Part shown: piece after piece, positions 7,028 to 14,120 of the stretch
Layout: every line of letters starts with the position of its first letter
Numbering within the stretch: the stretch's first letter is position 1
From: Elusimicrobiota bacterium
Lineage (GTDB): Bacteria; Elusimicrobiota; Elusimicrobia; FEN-1173
Length of the DNA stretch: 14,120 nt
NCBI GenBank assembly: GCA_016207625.1
Contig: JACQPF010000242.1
Coordinates: 1-14,120 of the forward strand
Direction of reading: 5' to 3'
Notes under the pieces: generated by a model
Database searches by the model: none
The model's input: the letters and a program-made list of their open reading frames with translations, nothing else
Told to the model about the DNA's origin: nothing
Program-made: the position numbers and the translations under genes

Positions 7028-8356
7028 GTGCTCATAACAGGGCGGCGGTTGAGATGGGCGGCCCTTTTGTTGGGGGGCGTGGCCGCCTTCGGGTTGCGGG
7101 ACAGGGCCTGGGGGCAAGAAGAGCCTTTTGCGGCCCAAAACGTTGCGCATGCGTTAAGCGGCTGGCGGTGGGGCGGGGCGCTGAGCCTGAACTACCGCAA
7201 CATCGGCGCCAAGCCCATTGAAATCGAAATTGAAAACCAGGTCCAATTAACGGACATCTTTTTCCGCGTGACGGGGCCCGTCATGAAGGATACGCCCTTC
7301 CTCGTGGAGTTCGCCCTGGACCCCAACGGCCACATGGCCCTTTACCGCCTGGCCGTCAAATCCCTCAACCTCCGCCGCGTGGAAATGGAGTTCGGGCGCT
7401 TCCTCGTTCCCTTCGGGCGCATCAACGAACTGTACCGGCCGGACCTGTATCCCCTCATCACGAAACCCTTGCTCTATGCCTCCCCCGGGCTGGACTTCGT
7501 GTCCCGCGTGAGCTACCCGCACCCGCAGTTCTCATCGGGCTATGTGGACACAGGCGTCCGCGCCACCTACACGCCCCACGCCGAGCCGGTGTGGTTTCCC
7601 CGGCGGCTCACCCTCTTCATGGTGAACGGCCTGCAGGAATCGCCCATCCGGGGGCGCCGCCCGCCGGATTCCCGCACGTTCAACATCCTGGATTCCGTCA
7701 ACGGGACGGACCTGGACTGGGGCCACGAGGTGAACAATTTATCGGACAACAACGACACCAAGAATCCCGGGCTTCGCGTTAATTGGGATTACGGCGACGT
7801 CGCCTACCCCAGCCCCTTCTCCCGGGCGGCGTTCGTGAACGGGGTCTCCTTCGGCTTGTCCGGCATGATCGGCAAATACGACATTGAAGACCGCCTCTCC
7901 AACTGGGTGTGGGGGGCGGACCTTGGACTCCGCCGGGCGGAGTACCGCCTCACCGCCGAGTTCATCTCCGGACAAGTGCAGGCCAAGTGGCCCAAGTTCG
8001 GCACCACAACCTCCACCGCGGCCGCGACGTCCCCGTCCCTCGCCAAGGACCGCTACATCACCTCGGGCTACACCCTTCAATTGGAGTTCCCGTTCCCGGA
8101 GTTTCCGTTGTCCGAACAAACCATCGCCATTTTCCGCGTGGAATCCATGCAGCGCCGCGGCCCCGCGCTCAACCGGAACGGTGAAGTGCTGGACGGCCTG
8201 CCCATCATCGAGTCGCAGGTGCACAAATACTCCGGCGGATTCAATAGCCGGATGAACCCCTTTTTCAGCATCAAGCTTGAGTACGGCCATTGGACGTTCG
8301 GCTCGGACTACCGGCGCATCTACCAAGTCCTCATCGCCGGCGTCATGTCGTTTTAG
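7028..8356 (+). CDS. secreted putative outer-membrane beta-barrel protein (porin-like), hypothetical
   Basis: 442-aa ORF with a GTG start. An alternative TTG at 7049 gives MRWAALLLGGVAAFGLRDRAWG|QEE with GGGCGGCGG upstream. It has an N-terminal signal peptide, many aromatic-flanked amphipathic stretches, and ends ...YRRIYQVLIAGVMSF with a terminal Phe, as classical OMP barrels do. The exact start is uncertain. Confidence 0.5.
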   Translation: MLITGRRLRWAALLLGGVAAFGLRDRAWGQEEPFAAQNVAHALSGWRWGGALSLNYRNIGAKPIEIEIENQVQLTDIFFRVTGPVMKDTPFLVEFALDPNGHMALYRLAVKSLNLRRVEMEFGRFLVPFGRINELYRPDLYPLITKPLLYASPGLDFVSRVSYPHPQFSSGYVDTGVRATYTPHAEPVWFPRRLTLFMVNGLQESPIRGRRPPDSRTFNILDSVNGTDLDWGHEVNNLSDNNDTKNPGLRVNWDYGDVAYPSPFSRAAFVNGVSFGLSGMIGKYDIEDRLSNWVWGADLGLRRAEYRLTAEFISGQVQAKWPKFGTTTSTAAATSPSLAKDRYITSGYTLQLEFPFPEFPLSEQTIAIFRVESMQRRGPALNRNGEVLDGLPIIESQVHKYSGGFNSRMNPFFSIKLEYGHWTFGSDYRRIYQVLIAGVMSF

Positions 8357-8360
8357 GAGG
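8355..8360 (+). promoter_or_regulatory. Shine-Dalgarno AGGAGG for the small secreted protein gene
   Basis: AGGAGG at 8355-8360, 8 nt before the ATG at 8369. It overlaps the upstream TAG stop (8354-8356). Confidence 0.6.
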
Positions 8361-8368
8361 AATAATTT

Positions 8369-8881
8369 ATGAAAAAACTCTTGTCTCAAATCGGATGCAT
8401 GATTTTGCTTGTCGCGTTTGCGGCGCCTTGCGCGGGGGCGGCCAGTTGGGAGGACGAGAAAGAGGAATGGAAGAAGTTCTCCAGCACGCGGTTCTACAAG
8501 GACCCCGGCTATGCGGCGAAGCTTTCCTTGGCCTTCCTGCCGGTGGACAACGGGCACTTCTACGTGGGCGAGGTGGGGAAGGGGGTTTGGTTTTCCGTCG
8601 GAGAAACGGTGGCCCTGGCCGCGGTGGCGGTGCCGTTCTTTAACTCGCAATCCCGCGCGAAAGAGGAAAAGGATCCTCTGTGGTCCACCGGGATGATCGC
8701 CACGGCGGCGTTCGGCGGGGTGAGCTACATCGCGTTAAAGGTGTGGTCCGCCTTCGATGCGGCCGAAGGCGCCCGGCGCTACAACAAACAGCAGGAAGAA
8801 TATTTCAAAGACAAAGAGCAGGGCGTCCGCCTGCAGTTGACCCCTTCCGGAGTCCGTTTCGTCAAAACCTGGGGAAAATAA
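8369..8881 (+). CDS. hypothetical small secreted/membrane protein with signal peptide
   Basis: 170 aa. Signal peptide MKKLLSQIGCMILLVAFAAPCAGA|AS (not a canonical lipobox, since Pro is at -1 of the Cys). Two further hydrophobic stretches (GVWFSVGETVALAAVAVPFF, TGMIATAAFGGVSYIALKVW) are followed by a charged C-terminal tail. Confidence 0.5.
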   Translation: MKKLLSQIGCMILLVAFAAPCAGAASWEDEKEEWKKFSSTRFYKDPGYAAKLSLAFLPVDNGHFYVGEVGKGVWFSVGETVALAAVAVPFFNSQSRAKEEKDPLWSTGMIATAAFGGVSYIALKVWSAFDAAEGARRYNKQQEEYFKDKEQGVRLQLTPSGVRFVKTWGK

Positions 8882-8884
8882 TTT

Positions 8885-10747
8885 CTACTTGATGATGTCG
8901 TTCTCCAGCCACTCGTATTGGCCCGCCATGAACTTTTTGGCCATCGACGTGGCGAGCTTGTCCTCGTTGCAGCACAAGTCCGCAAACAATCGTTCCACCC
9001 GCGTTTTCGCCTGCCGGCAATAAAGGTCCGCCAGCTCGACGGGGGATTCCCCGATTCCGTTGCCCTGCTTCACAAGGCTGAGCGCATAGGAGCACGTGGA
9101 GGAGATCACGAAAAGCTCCGTGCCGATGTCCACGAAGCGGCTTAAGAGATTCTGTTTAGATTCCATTTTCTGCTGATAGATCATCATTTTATGGAAGATC
9201 GTCCGGGCCAGGCGCTTGGTGGTTTTGTTGACGAACTTCACATGCCCTTGAAGAACCTCGGGCAGATCGCCCACTCCGGCGGGAGCCGGGCTCGGCAGCC
9301 ACATTTTGGGATACCACACCAAATAATGAAGCCCCGCGGAAACGGCGGCCTTGAGTTTCGCGCCGATGGAAGCTTTGGGGTTCAACATCGCCATGATCCG
9401 CCTCAAGTGCGGGTCCAGCGCTTCCCGCGCGATGAAGAGCCGCATGATCTGGCTCGTGCCTTCAATAATCAGGTTCACCCGGGCGTCCCGGAACATGCGT
9501 TCCACGGCGTAGCCCGCCTCGCCGCGCCCTTTGAGGGAGGGGCTGGTTTCAAACCCGCGCCCGCCGCGGATCTGGAAGATGTCGTCAATCACCCGCCAGC
9601 TCGCTTCCGTGCAGAACAGCTTGGCGATGGCGGCTTCCAGGCGGATGTCCAGTTTCTTAGCCGCCGCCATGTGGGAGCTCAGCCAGGTCACCGCGTCCAT
9701 GGCGAACGTGGTGGCGGCGGCGTTGGCGAGCTTCGTGGCCACGGCCTGGTGCTCGCCGATCGGCACGCCCCATTGTTTCCTCTCGTTGGCCCAGCGGCGG
9801 GCCACCATGAGACCCCATTTGCACATGCCCGTTACGGCCGCCGGCACGGTGAGCCGCCCCGTGTTCAGCGTGCTGAACGCCAGCTTCAATCCCTGGCCTT
9901 CTCCCAGCACCAGGTTTTCCTTGGGCACCTTCACGTCCTTGAACTTCAACACGCCCAGGTTCACGCCGTGCAGCCCCATGAAGCTGCAGCGATAGGCCAC
10001 TTCGAAGCCGGGCGTCTTGGTCTCCACGATGAAAGCGGTGATCTGTTTCTTTTCTTTGCCCTTCTCGATCTTGGGTGGGGTTTGGCACATCACCACGAGC
10101 ACGTCGGCGATGTTCCCGTTGGAGCACCAAAGCTTCTCCCCGTTGATGATGTAGTGCTTCCCGTCTTCCGTCGGGATCGCGGTCGTTTTCATCGTGCGGG
10201 GGTCGGATCCGGCGCCCGGTTCGGTGAGCGCGAAGCCGCTCACGGCGCCCTTGCGGAAGAGGGGGAGATACTTCTTTTTCTGCTCCTCCGTGCCGAAGAG
10301 GCCCAAGGGCAAAGGCACGCCAATGCTCTGGTGCGCCGAGAGGAGCACCGCGGTTGAGCCGCAATAGCTGGCCACCATGTGCACGGCCCGGTTGTAGTTC
10401 ACCTGGCTGAGGCCCATGCCGTCGTATTCTTTCGGGATTTTCATGGCCATGGCGCCCATGTCCGCCAGGCCTTTAATGACCGAGGCGGGAATCTCACCGG
10501 TTTTGTCCACTTCGTCGGGGTCGAGGTTGGCCGTGAGGTACGCTTTCAGGCGCTCCATGTACTCGGTGCCGATCTTCTTGTCTTCTTCCGATTGCTGAGG
10601 AAAGGGATGCACAAATTCCCACGGCAGTTTGCCATGGAACAGTTCGCGCACAAAACTGGGGTAATTCCATTCGGCTTCCCGGGAAGCCTCCGCCAATTCC
10701 AACGAGTCCCGTTTCTCCTGGCTGATGCCTTTTTGGTACATATCCAT
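8885..10747 (-). CDS. acyl-CoA dehydrogenase, long VLCAD/ACAD9-like form with C-terminal extension
   Basis: 620 aa. ACAD N- and middle-domain motifs (GFALTEPGAGSDPRTMKTTA, YIINGEKLWCSNG) are present, and the catalytic-base region RVNLIIEGTSQIMRLFIAREALD matches the VLCAD-type IFEGTNDILRLF. An SD AAGGAG (plus-strand complement at 10755-10760) lies 7 nt before the ATG. It is the last gene of the minus-strand beta-oxidation operon. Confidence 0.9.
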   Translation of the reverse strand: MDMYQKGISQEKRDSLELAEASREAEWNYPSFVRELFHGKLPWEFVHPFPQQSEEDKKIGTEYMERLKAYLTANLDPDEVDKTGEIPASVIKGLADMGAMAMKIPKEYDGMGLSQVNYNRAVHMVASYCGSTAVLLSAHQSIGVPLPLGLFGTEEQKKKYLPLFRKGAVSGFALTEPGAGSDPRTMKTTAIPTEDGKHYIINGEKLWCSNGNIADVLVVMCQTPPKIEKGKEKKQITAFIVETKTPGFEVAYRCSFMGLHGVNLGVLKFKDVKVPKENLVLGEGQGLKLAFSTLNTGRLTVPAAVTGMCKWGLMVARRWANERKQWGVPIGEHQAVATKLANAAATTFAMDAVTWLSSHMAAAKKLDIRLEAAIAKLFCTEASWRVIDDIFQIRGGRGFETSPSLKGRGEAGYAVERMFRDARVNLIIEGTSQIMRLFIAREALDPHLRRIMAMLNPKASIGAKLKAAVSAGLHYLVWYPKMWLPSPAPAGVGDLPEVLQGHVKFVNKTTKRLARTIFHKMMIYQQKMESKQNLLSRFVDIGTELFVISSTCSYALSLVKQGNGIGESPVELADLYCRQAKTRVERLFADLCCNEDKLATSMAKKFMAGQYEWLENDIIK

Positions 10748-10760
10748 GACGCGTCTCCTT

Positions 10761-12920
10761 TTAGCGGTAAAACCCTTTGCCGGTTTTGGCCAAATTCACT
10801 AAGTAACCGCACGGCGCGAACCGCGGCGAACCGGTCTTCTCTTTCATTTTTTCCAAGGCCTCCACGATCTTCGCGCCGCCGACGGTGTCGGCGTAGCGCA
10901 AAAGGCCTCCGCGGAACGGCGGAAAACCCGTGCCCATGATCATGCCGATGTCCACGTCCGAAGCCTCCCGGCAGATCTTCTCTTCCAAGCACAGGGCGGC
11001 CTCGTTCACCATTTTAAAGAGCATCCTCTGCAAAATTTCTTTGCCGCCCATGGCCGACTCCGGCCTCTGCGGCAAGAGGGTGTACACCCCGGGGTTCGGG
11101 CGGCGCTTTTTCCTCTCGTGGATGTAGAAGCCGCGCCCGGATTTCTTCCCCAGCCATCCGTGCTCGTGGATGGCCTTAAAGATATGGCTCACCTTCATCC
11201 TCTCGCCGAAATGCGCTTCCAGGAGCGCGGCCACTTTGTAGCCCACGTCCAGGCCGATCTCGTCCATCAGGATGAACGCCCCCATCGGCATCCCGAAATC
11301 CAGCAAGACGTCGTCGATCTTCTCGAAGCGCACGCCTTCCTCCAGGAGGAGCCCGGCTTCGTTCAGATACGGCAGCAGGATCCGGTTCACGAGGAACCCG
11401 CATTCGTCTTTCACCACGATCGGCGTTTTCCCGAGGGCTTTCGAAAACTCCACCAGCGTGGCGATCGTCTCGTCCGAGGTCTTCGCCGCGCGGATCACTT
11501 CCACCAAAGGCATCCGGTGCACGGGGTTGAAGTAGTGCATCCCCACGGCGCGCTCGGGCGCCGCGCCCAGCGCCTCCGCCATTTCCGTCACGGACAGGCA
11601 GGAGGTGTTGGAGGCGATGATCGCCCCCGGTTTCACCTGTGAGGCCACCTCTTTCCAAACGATCTTTTTGATTTTCATATCTTCCACCACGGCCTCGATC
11701 ACCAGGTCCGCGTTCGAAAAACCGCTGTAGTCGGCGGTGGGGGAAATCAGGCCCATCCCCAGCGCGGCTTGGTTGGGCCGCATGCGCCGTTTTTTGACGG
11801 CGCCGTAAAACACGTCCCAGGCTTGCCGGAGCCCGCGCCCGAGGGCCCCGAGGTTGATGTCTTTCATCCGCACGGGATGGCCCCGGTGGCTCAACAGCTG
11901 GGCGATGCCCCCGCCCATCACCCCCGCGCCCAAAACGGCGCATTTGCCGATGGGCCGGGGCGCGGCCTCCACCCATTTGGCTTTTTTGTATTTCTCCATC
12001 ATGTAGAAAACGGAAATCAGGTTCTTTGAGATCTCGCCGGAGGCCACCTGGCCGAAGGCCTTGGCCTCCCTTTGATAAGCCTCGTCAGAGGCGCCTCGCG
12101 CCCCGCGTGCCGCCGGATAGTTCCCGGCGACCGTTTCAAGCGCTTTCAGCACCGCGGGGTATTGGCCCTTAGTGTTCTTCCAGACGAACTTTTGCGTTTG
12201 GCTTTTTAAAAGGGCGCGGCCCAGCGGATTTTTGTCCAGGAAAACGTCACTGAAGCCTTTCAGCTTCGGCCCGTAATGCCGCCGCTTCCCCTTCATTTTC
12301 GAAAGGAGCTCCATCCCTTCCGTCAGAAGCCGCTGGGAGCTGGCCAGCCCGTCCACGAGCCCGATTTTCAGCGCCGCCTGGGCGGAGACGGGGTTTCCGG
12401 AGAGGATCATCTCCAGGCCTTTGCGCAGGCCCACCAGGCGCGGAAGCCTCACCGTGCCCCCGAAGCCGGGGATCACCCCGAGCTTCACTTCCGGCAGCCC
12501 CATGCGCACTTTGTCGCTGTGCGCGGCCAAGCGGTAGTCGCAGGCCAGGGCCAGCTCCATGCCGCCGCCGAGGCAGGCCCCGTTGATCAAAGCCACCGAC
12601 GGGAGAGGGAGGTCCTCCAGCGCCGAAAATATTTTCTGGCCCGCCCGCGCTTTCTGCTCGGCTTCGGCCGGAGAGGAGATCTTCTCGATTTCCTTGATGT
12701 CCGCCCCCGCGATAAAAATGTCGGGTTTCTGGCTGAGGAGGACCAAACCTTTCAACGCCTTTCCTTCGCTGTCTTGCCGGGCGCGCAGTTGCGCCAAAAT
12801 TCCTTCCAGCTCTGCCATGCTCTCGCTGGAGAGAACGTTGACTTTCGAGTCCGGCTGGTCGAATTCAACAACGGCGAAACCGTTTTCAAATCGGAGTTTG
12901 AGGTTATGTGTCATGGCCAT
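10761..12920 (-). CDS. fadB: fatty-acid oxidation multifunctional enzyme (enoyl-CoA hydratase/isomerase + 3-hydroxyacyl-CoA dehydrogenase), FadB/FadJ type
   Basis: N-terminal crotonase fold (FAVVEFDQPDSKVNVLS...IAGADIKE...INGACLGGGMELALACD), then an NAD-binding Rossmann motif (KCAVLGAGVMGGGIAQ) and a 3-hydroxyacyl-CoA dehydrogenase C-terminal domain. The start ATG at 12918-12920 overlaps the thiolase TGA by 1 nt (TGATG); MTHNL at 12914 is an alternative start. The 15-aa Arg/Gly-rich extension to 12965 in the ORF track is rejected because it overlaps the thiolase C-terminus. Confidence 0.9.
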   Translation of the reverse strand: MAMTHNLKLRFENGFAVVEFDQPDSKVNVLSSESMAELEGILAQLRARQDSEGKALKGLVLLSQKPDIFIAGADIKEIEKISSPAEAEQKARAGQKIFSALEDLPLPSVALINGACLGGGMELALACDYRLAAHSDKVRMGLPEVKLGVIPGFGGTVRLPRLVGLRKGLEMILSGNPVSAQAALKIGLVDGLASSQRLLTEGMELLSKMKGKRRHYGPKLKGFSDVFLDKNPLGRALLKSQTQKFVWKNTKGQYPAVLKALETVAGNYPAARGARGASDEAYQREAKAFGQVASGEISKNLISVFYMMEKYKKAKWVEAAPRPIGKCAVLGAGVMGGGIAQLLSHRGHPVRMKDINLGALGRGLRQAWDVFYGAVKKRRMRPNQAALGMGLISPTADYSGFSNADLVIEAVVEDMKIKKIVWKEVASQVKPGAIIASNTSCLSVTEMAEALGAAPERAVGMHYFNPVHRMPLVEVIRAAKTSDETIATLVEFSKALGKTPIVVKDECGFLVNRILLPYLNEAGLLLEEGVRFEKIDDVLLDFGMPMGAFILMDEIGLDVGYKVAALLEAHFGERMKVSHIFKAIHEHGWLGKKSGRGFYIHERKKRRPNPGVYTLLPQRPESAMGGKEILQRMLFKMVNEAALCLEEKICREASDVDIGMIMGTGFPPFRGGLLRYADTVGGAKIVEALEKMKEKTGSPRFAPCGYLVNLAKTGKGFYR

Positions 12921-14032
12921 CACCTTTCCAGAAGGACGGCCGCGCCCTGGCCGCCCCCGATGCAAAGGGAAATCAGGCCCAGGCGGAGGTTCCTTCGCTT
13001 CATCTCCCGCAGCAGCGTGAGGATCAGCCGGTTGCCCGTCGTGCCGACGGGGTGGCCGAGGGCGATGGAACCGCCGTTCACGTTCAGGATGTCCCGGTTG
13101 ATCTTGCCGACGCCGTCCTTTTCCATCTGCCGCTCACAGGCGATCACTTGCGCGGCGAAAGCCTCGTTGATCTCCAGAAGTTCGATGTCTTTCAGTTTCA
13201 AATCCGTTTTTTTCAGCAGCTCGGCGATGGCGTAGGCCGGGCCGATGCCCATCCGGCTGGGGTCGACGCCGACGTAGGTGTAGGCGCGCAAATACCCGAG
13301 GGGGGTATACCCCATCGACTTGGCCAGCTCCTCTTTCATCATGAGGAGCGCGCAGGCCCCGTCGGTCACCTGGCAGGAGTTCCCCACGGTCACCGTGCCG
13401 GTGGCGCGGTCGAAATAGGGCCGCATCTTGGCCAGGTCTTCCAGGGAGAGGTTCTCCCGCACGCCGTTGTCCTCGGTCACCGCCTTTTCGAATTTGGGCG
13501 GCACATGCACGGGCACGATTTCTTCTTTCAGCTTCGCCCGGGCCGCCTGGACGCGCTTGTGGCTGGTGAGGGCGAACTCGTCCTGCTCCGCGCGGGTGAG
13601 GCCGTATTCTTTCGCCAGCACCTCGGCGGTCTGCCCCATGTTGAGCCCGCACGTGGGGTCCGACAAGCCGAGCGTCAAACCGACCTCGGGCTTCAAGAGG
13701 TGGCGGGGGCGGAATTTCAGGAAGCAGGCCAGTTTCTCGGTGAGGGTCCTGGCCTTGGAGAGTTGAAGGAAAATCTTCGTCGCCTCGCGGTTGTAGAAGA
13801 GGGGGATGTTGGACATGGATTCCGTTCCCCCGGCGATCACGACCTCGTCCAGCCCCGCCTGGATTTTCTCCGCCGCGCTCGTGGCCGACTCGATGCCGGA
13901 GGCGCAGTTGCGCGAAAGTGTATAGGCGCGCTTTTCCTTGGGGATGCCGACCAAAAGGGAGATCACCCGGGCCACGTTGCTCGCCTCCGGCGGCTGGGCC
14001 ACCTCGCCGAAGATCACTTCGTCCACCCGCAT
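12920..14032 (-). CDS. fadA: acetyl-CoA C-acyltransferase (3-ketoacyl-CoA thiolase, FadA-like), as the ORF from the first ATG after an in-frame TAA
   Basis: Active-site Cys region LSRNCASGIESA, the C-terminal NGGSIALGHPVGTTG motif and the ISLCIGGGQG (CxG) motif are all present. The true N-terminus continues upstream beyond an in-frame stop; see the next feature and the corresponding finding. Confidence 0.85.
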   Translation of the reverse strand: MRVDEVIFGEVAQPPEASNVARVISLLVGIPKEKRAYTLSRNCASGIESATSAAEKIQAGLDEVVIAGGTESMSNIPLFYNREATKIFLQLSKARTLTEKLACFLKFRPRHLLKPEVGLTLGLSDPTCGLNMGQTAEVLAKEYGLTRAEQDEFALTSHKRVQAARAKLKEEIVPVHVPPKFEKAVTEDNGVRENLSLEDLAKMRPYFDRATGTVTVGNSCQVTDGACALLMMKEELAKSMGYTPLGYLRAYTYVGVDPSRMGIGPAYAIAELLKKTDLKLKDIELLEINEAFAAQVIACERQMEKDGVGKINRDILNVNGGSIALGHPVGTTGNRLILTLLREMKRRNLRLGLISLCIGGGQGAAVLLER

Positions 14033-14050
14033 CGGGTCCAGGGCTGTTTA

Positions 14051-14120
14051 CTCTAACAGCTCCCGCACCACGATGCGCCCCAGCTCCTGCGCGGGGATGT
14101 CCATGAAATCCGTCCAGGCC
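14051..14120 (-). other. fadA: N-terminal coding remnant of the thiolase, in frame with the downstream ORF and separated from it by TAA at 14048-14050; continues past the window edge
   Basis: Minus-strand translation upstream of 14032 in the same frame reads ...AWTDFMDIPAQELGRIVVRELLE*TALDPMRVDEVIFG. Without the stop this is the conserved thiolase N-terminal region (compare E. coli FadA ...[24 protein letters not shown]). Confidence 0.7.

Noticed and set aside
6913-7221. 102-aa ORF starting at ATG 7024, in a different frame from the OMP gene
   Set aside because: Arg-rich product with no hydrophobic signal peptide. The overlapping frame encodes a coherent signal peptide plus a beta-barrel protein.
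7215-7240. Short tandem-like GAAATCGAAATTGAAAAC
   Set aside because: It encodes IEIEIEN within the OMP gene and is too short and imperfect to be a repeat element. No CRISPR-like arrays, IS ends or tRNA or rRNA structures were seen anywhere in the window.
9191-10357. 388-aa and 235-aa ORFs (9657-10364) antisense to the acyl-CoA dehydrogenase; 12276-13235 and 12908-14056 antisense to fadB/thiolase; 11176-11976 inside fadB
   Set aside because: Same high-GC antisense artefact with Arg/Gly/Pro/His-rich products. The sense-strand enzymes have intact catalytic motifs.
12921-12965. 15-aa MHRGRPGRGRPSGKV extension on FadB
   Set aside because: It lies inside the thiolase C-terminal coding region. The ATG at 12918-12920 forms a classic stop/start overlap.

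Overview
High-GC (about 60-65%) bacterial chromosomal segment with two parts, probably from a diderm organism given several predicted outer-membrane proteins. Bases 118-8881 encode, mostly on the + strand: a low-GC hypothetical membrane-anchored protein, a DsrE/DsrF-like plus TusA-like sulfur-carrier pair whose reading frames overlap by 4 bp, a stand-alone CheY-like response regulator, an NfeD-like/flotillin pair, and then a cell-envelope locus. The envelope locus is a minus-strand Omp85/D15-like beta-barrel gene (3861-4979) read divergently from a tightly packed five-gene + strand array (5028-8881). That array encodes a PD40/TolB-like beta-propeller, a prepilin-type protein, a polytopic membrane protein, a second beta-barrel OMP candidate and a small signal-peptide protein. 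This locus is the best candidate for an undescribed system. Bases 8885-14120 on the minus strand are a fatty-acid beta-oxidation operon: thiolase, then a FadB/FadJ-type multifunctional enzyme (coupled by a TGATG stop/start overlap), then a VLCAD-like acyl-CoA dehydrogenase. The thiolase reading frame carries an in-frame TAA at 14048-14050 inside a conserved N-terminal motif. No rRNA, tRNA, CRISPR array, transposase or integrase was recognised. Many long antisense ORFs in the six-frame track are high-GC artefacts.
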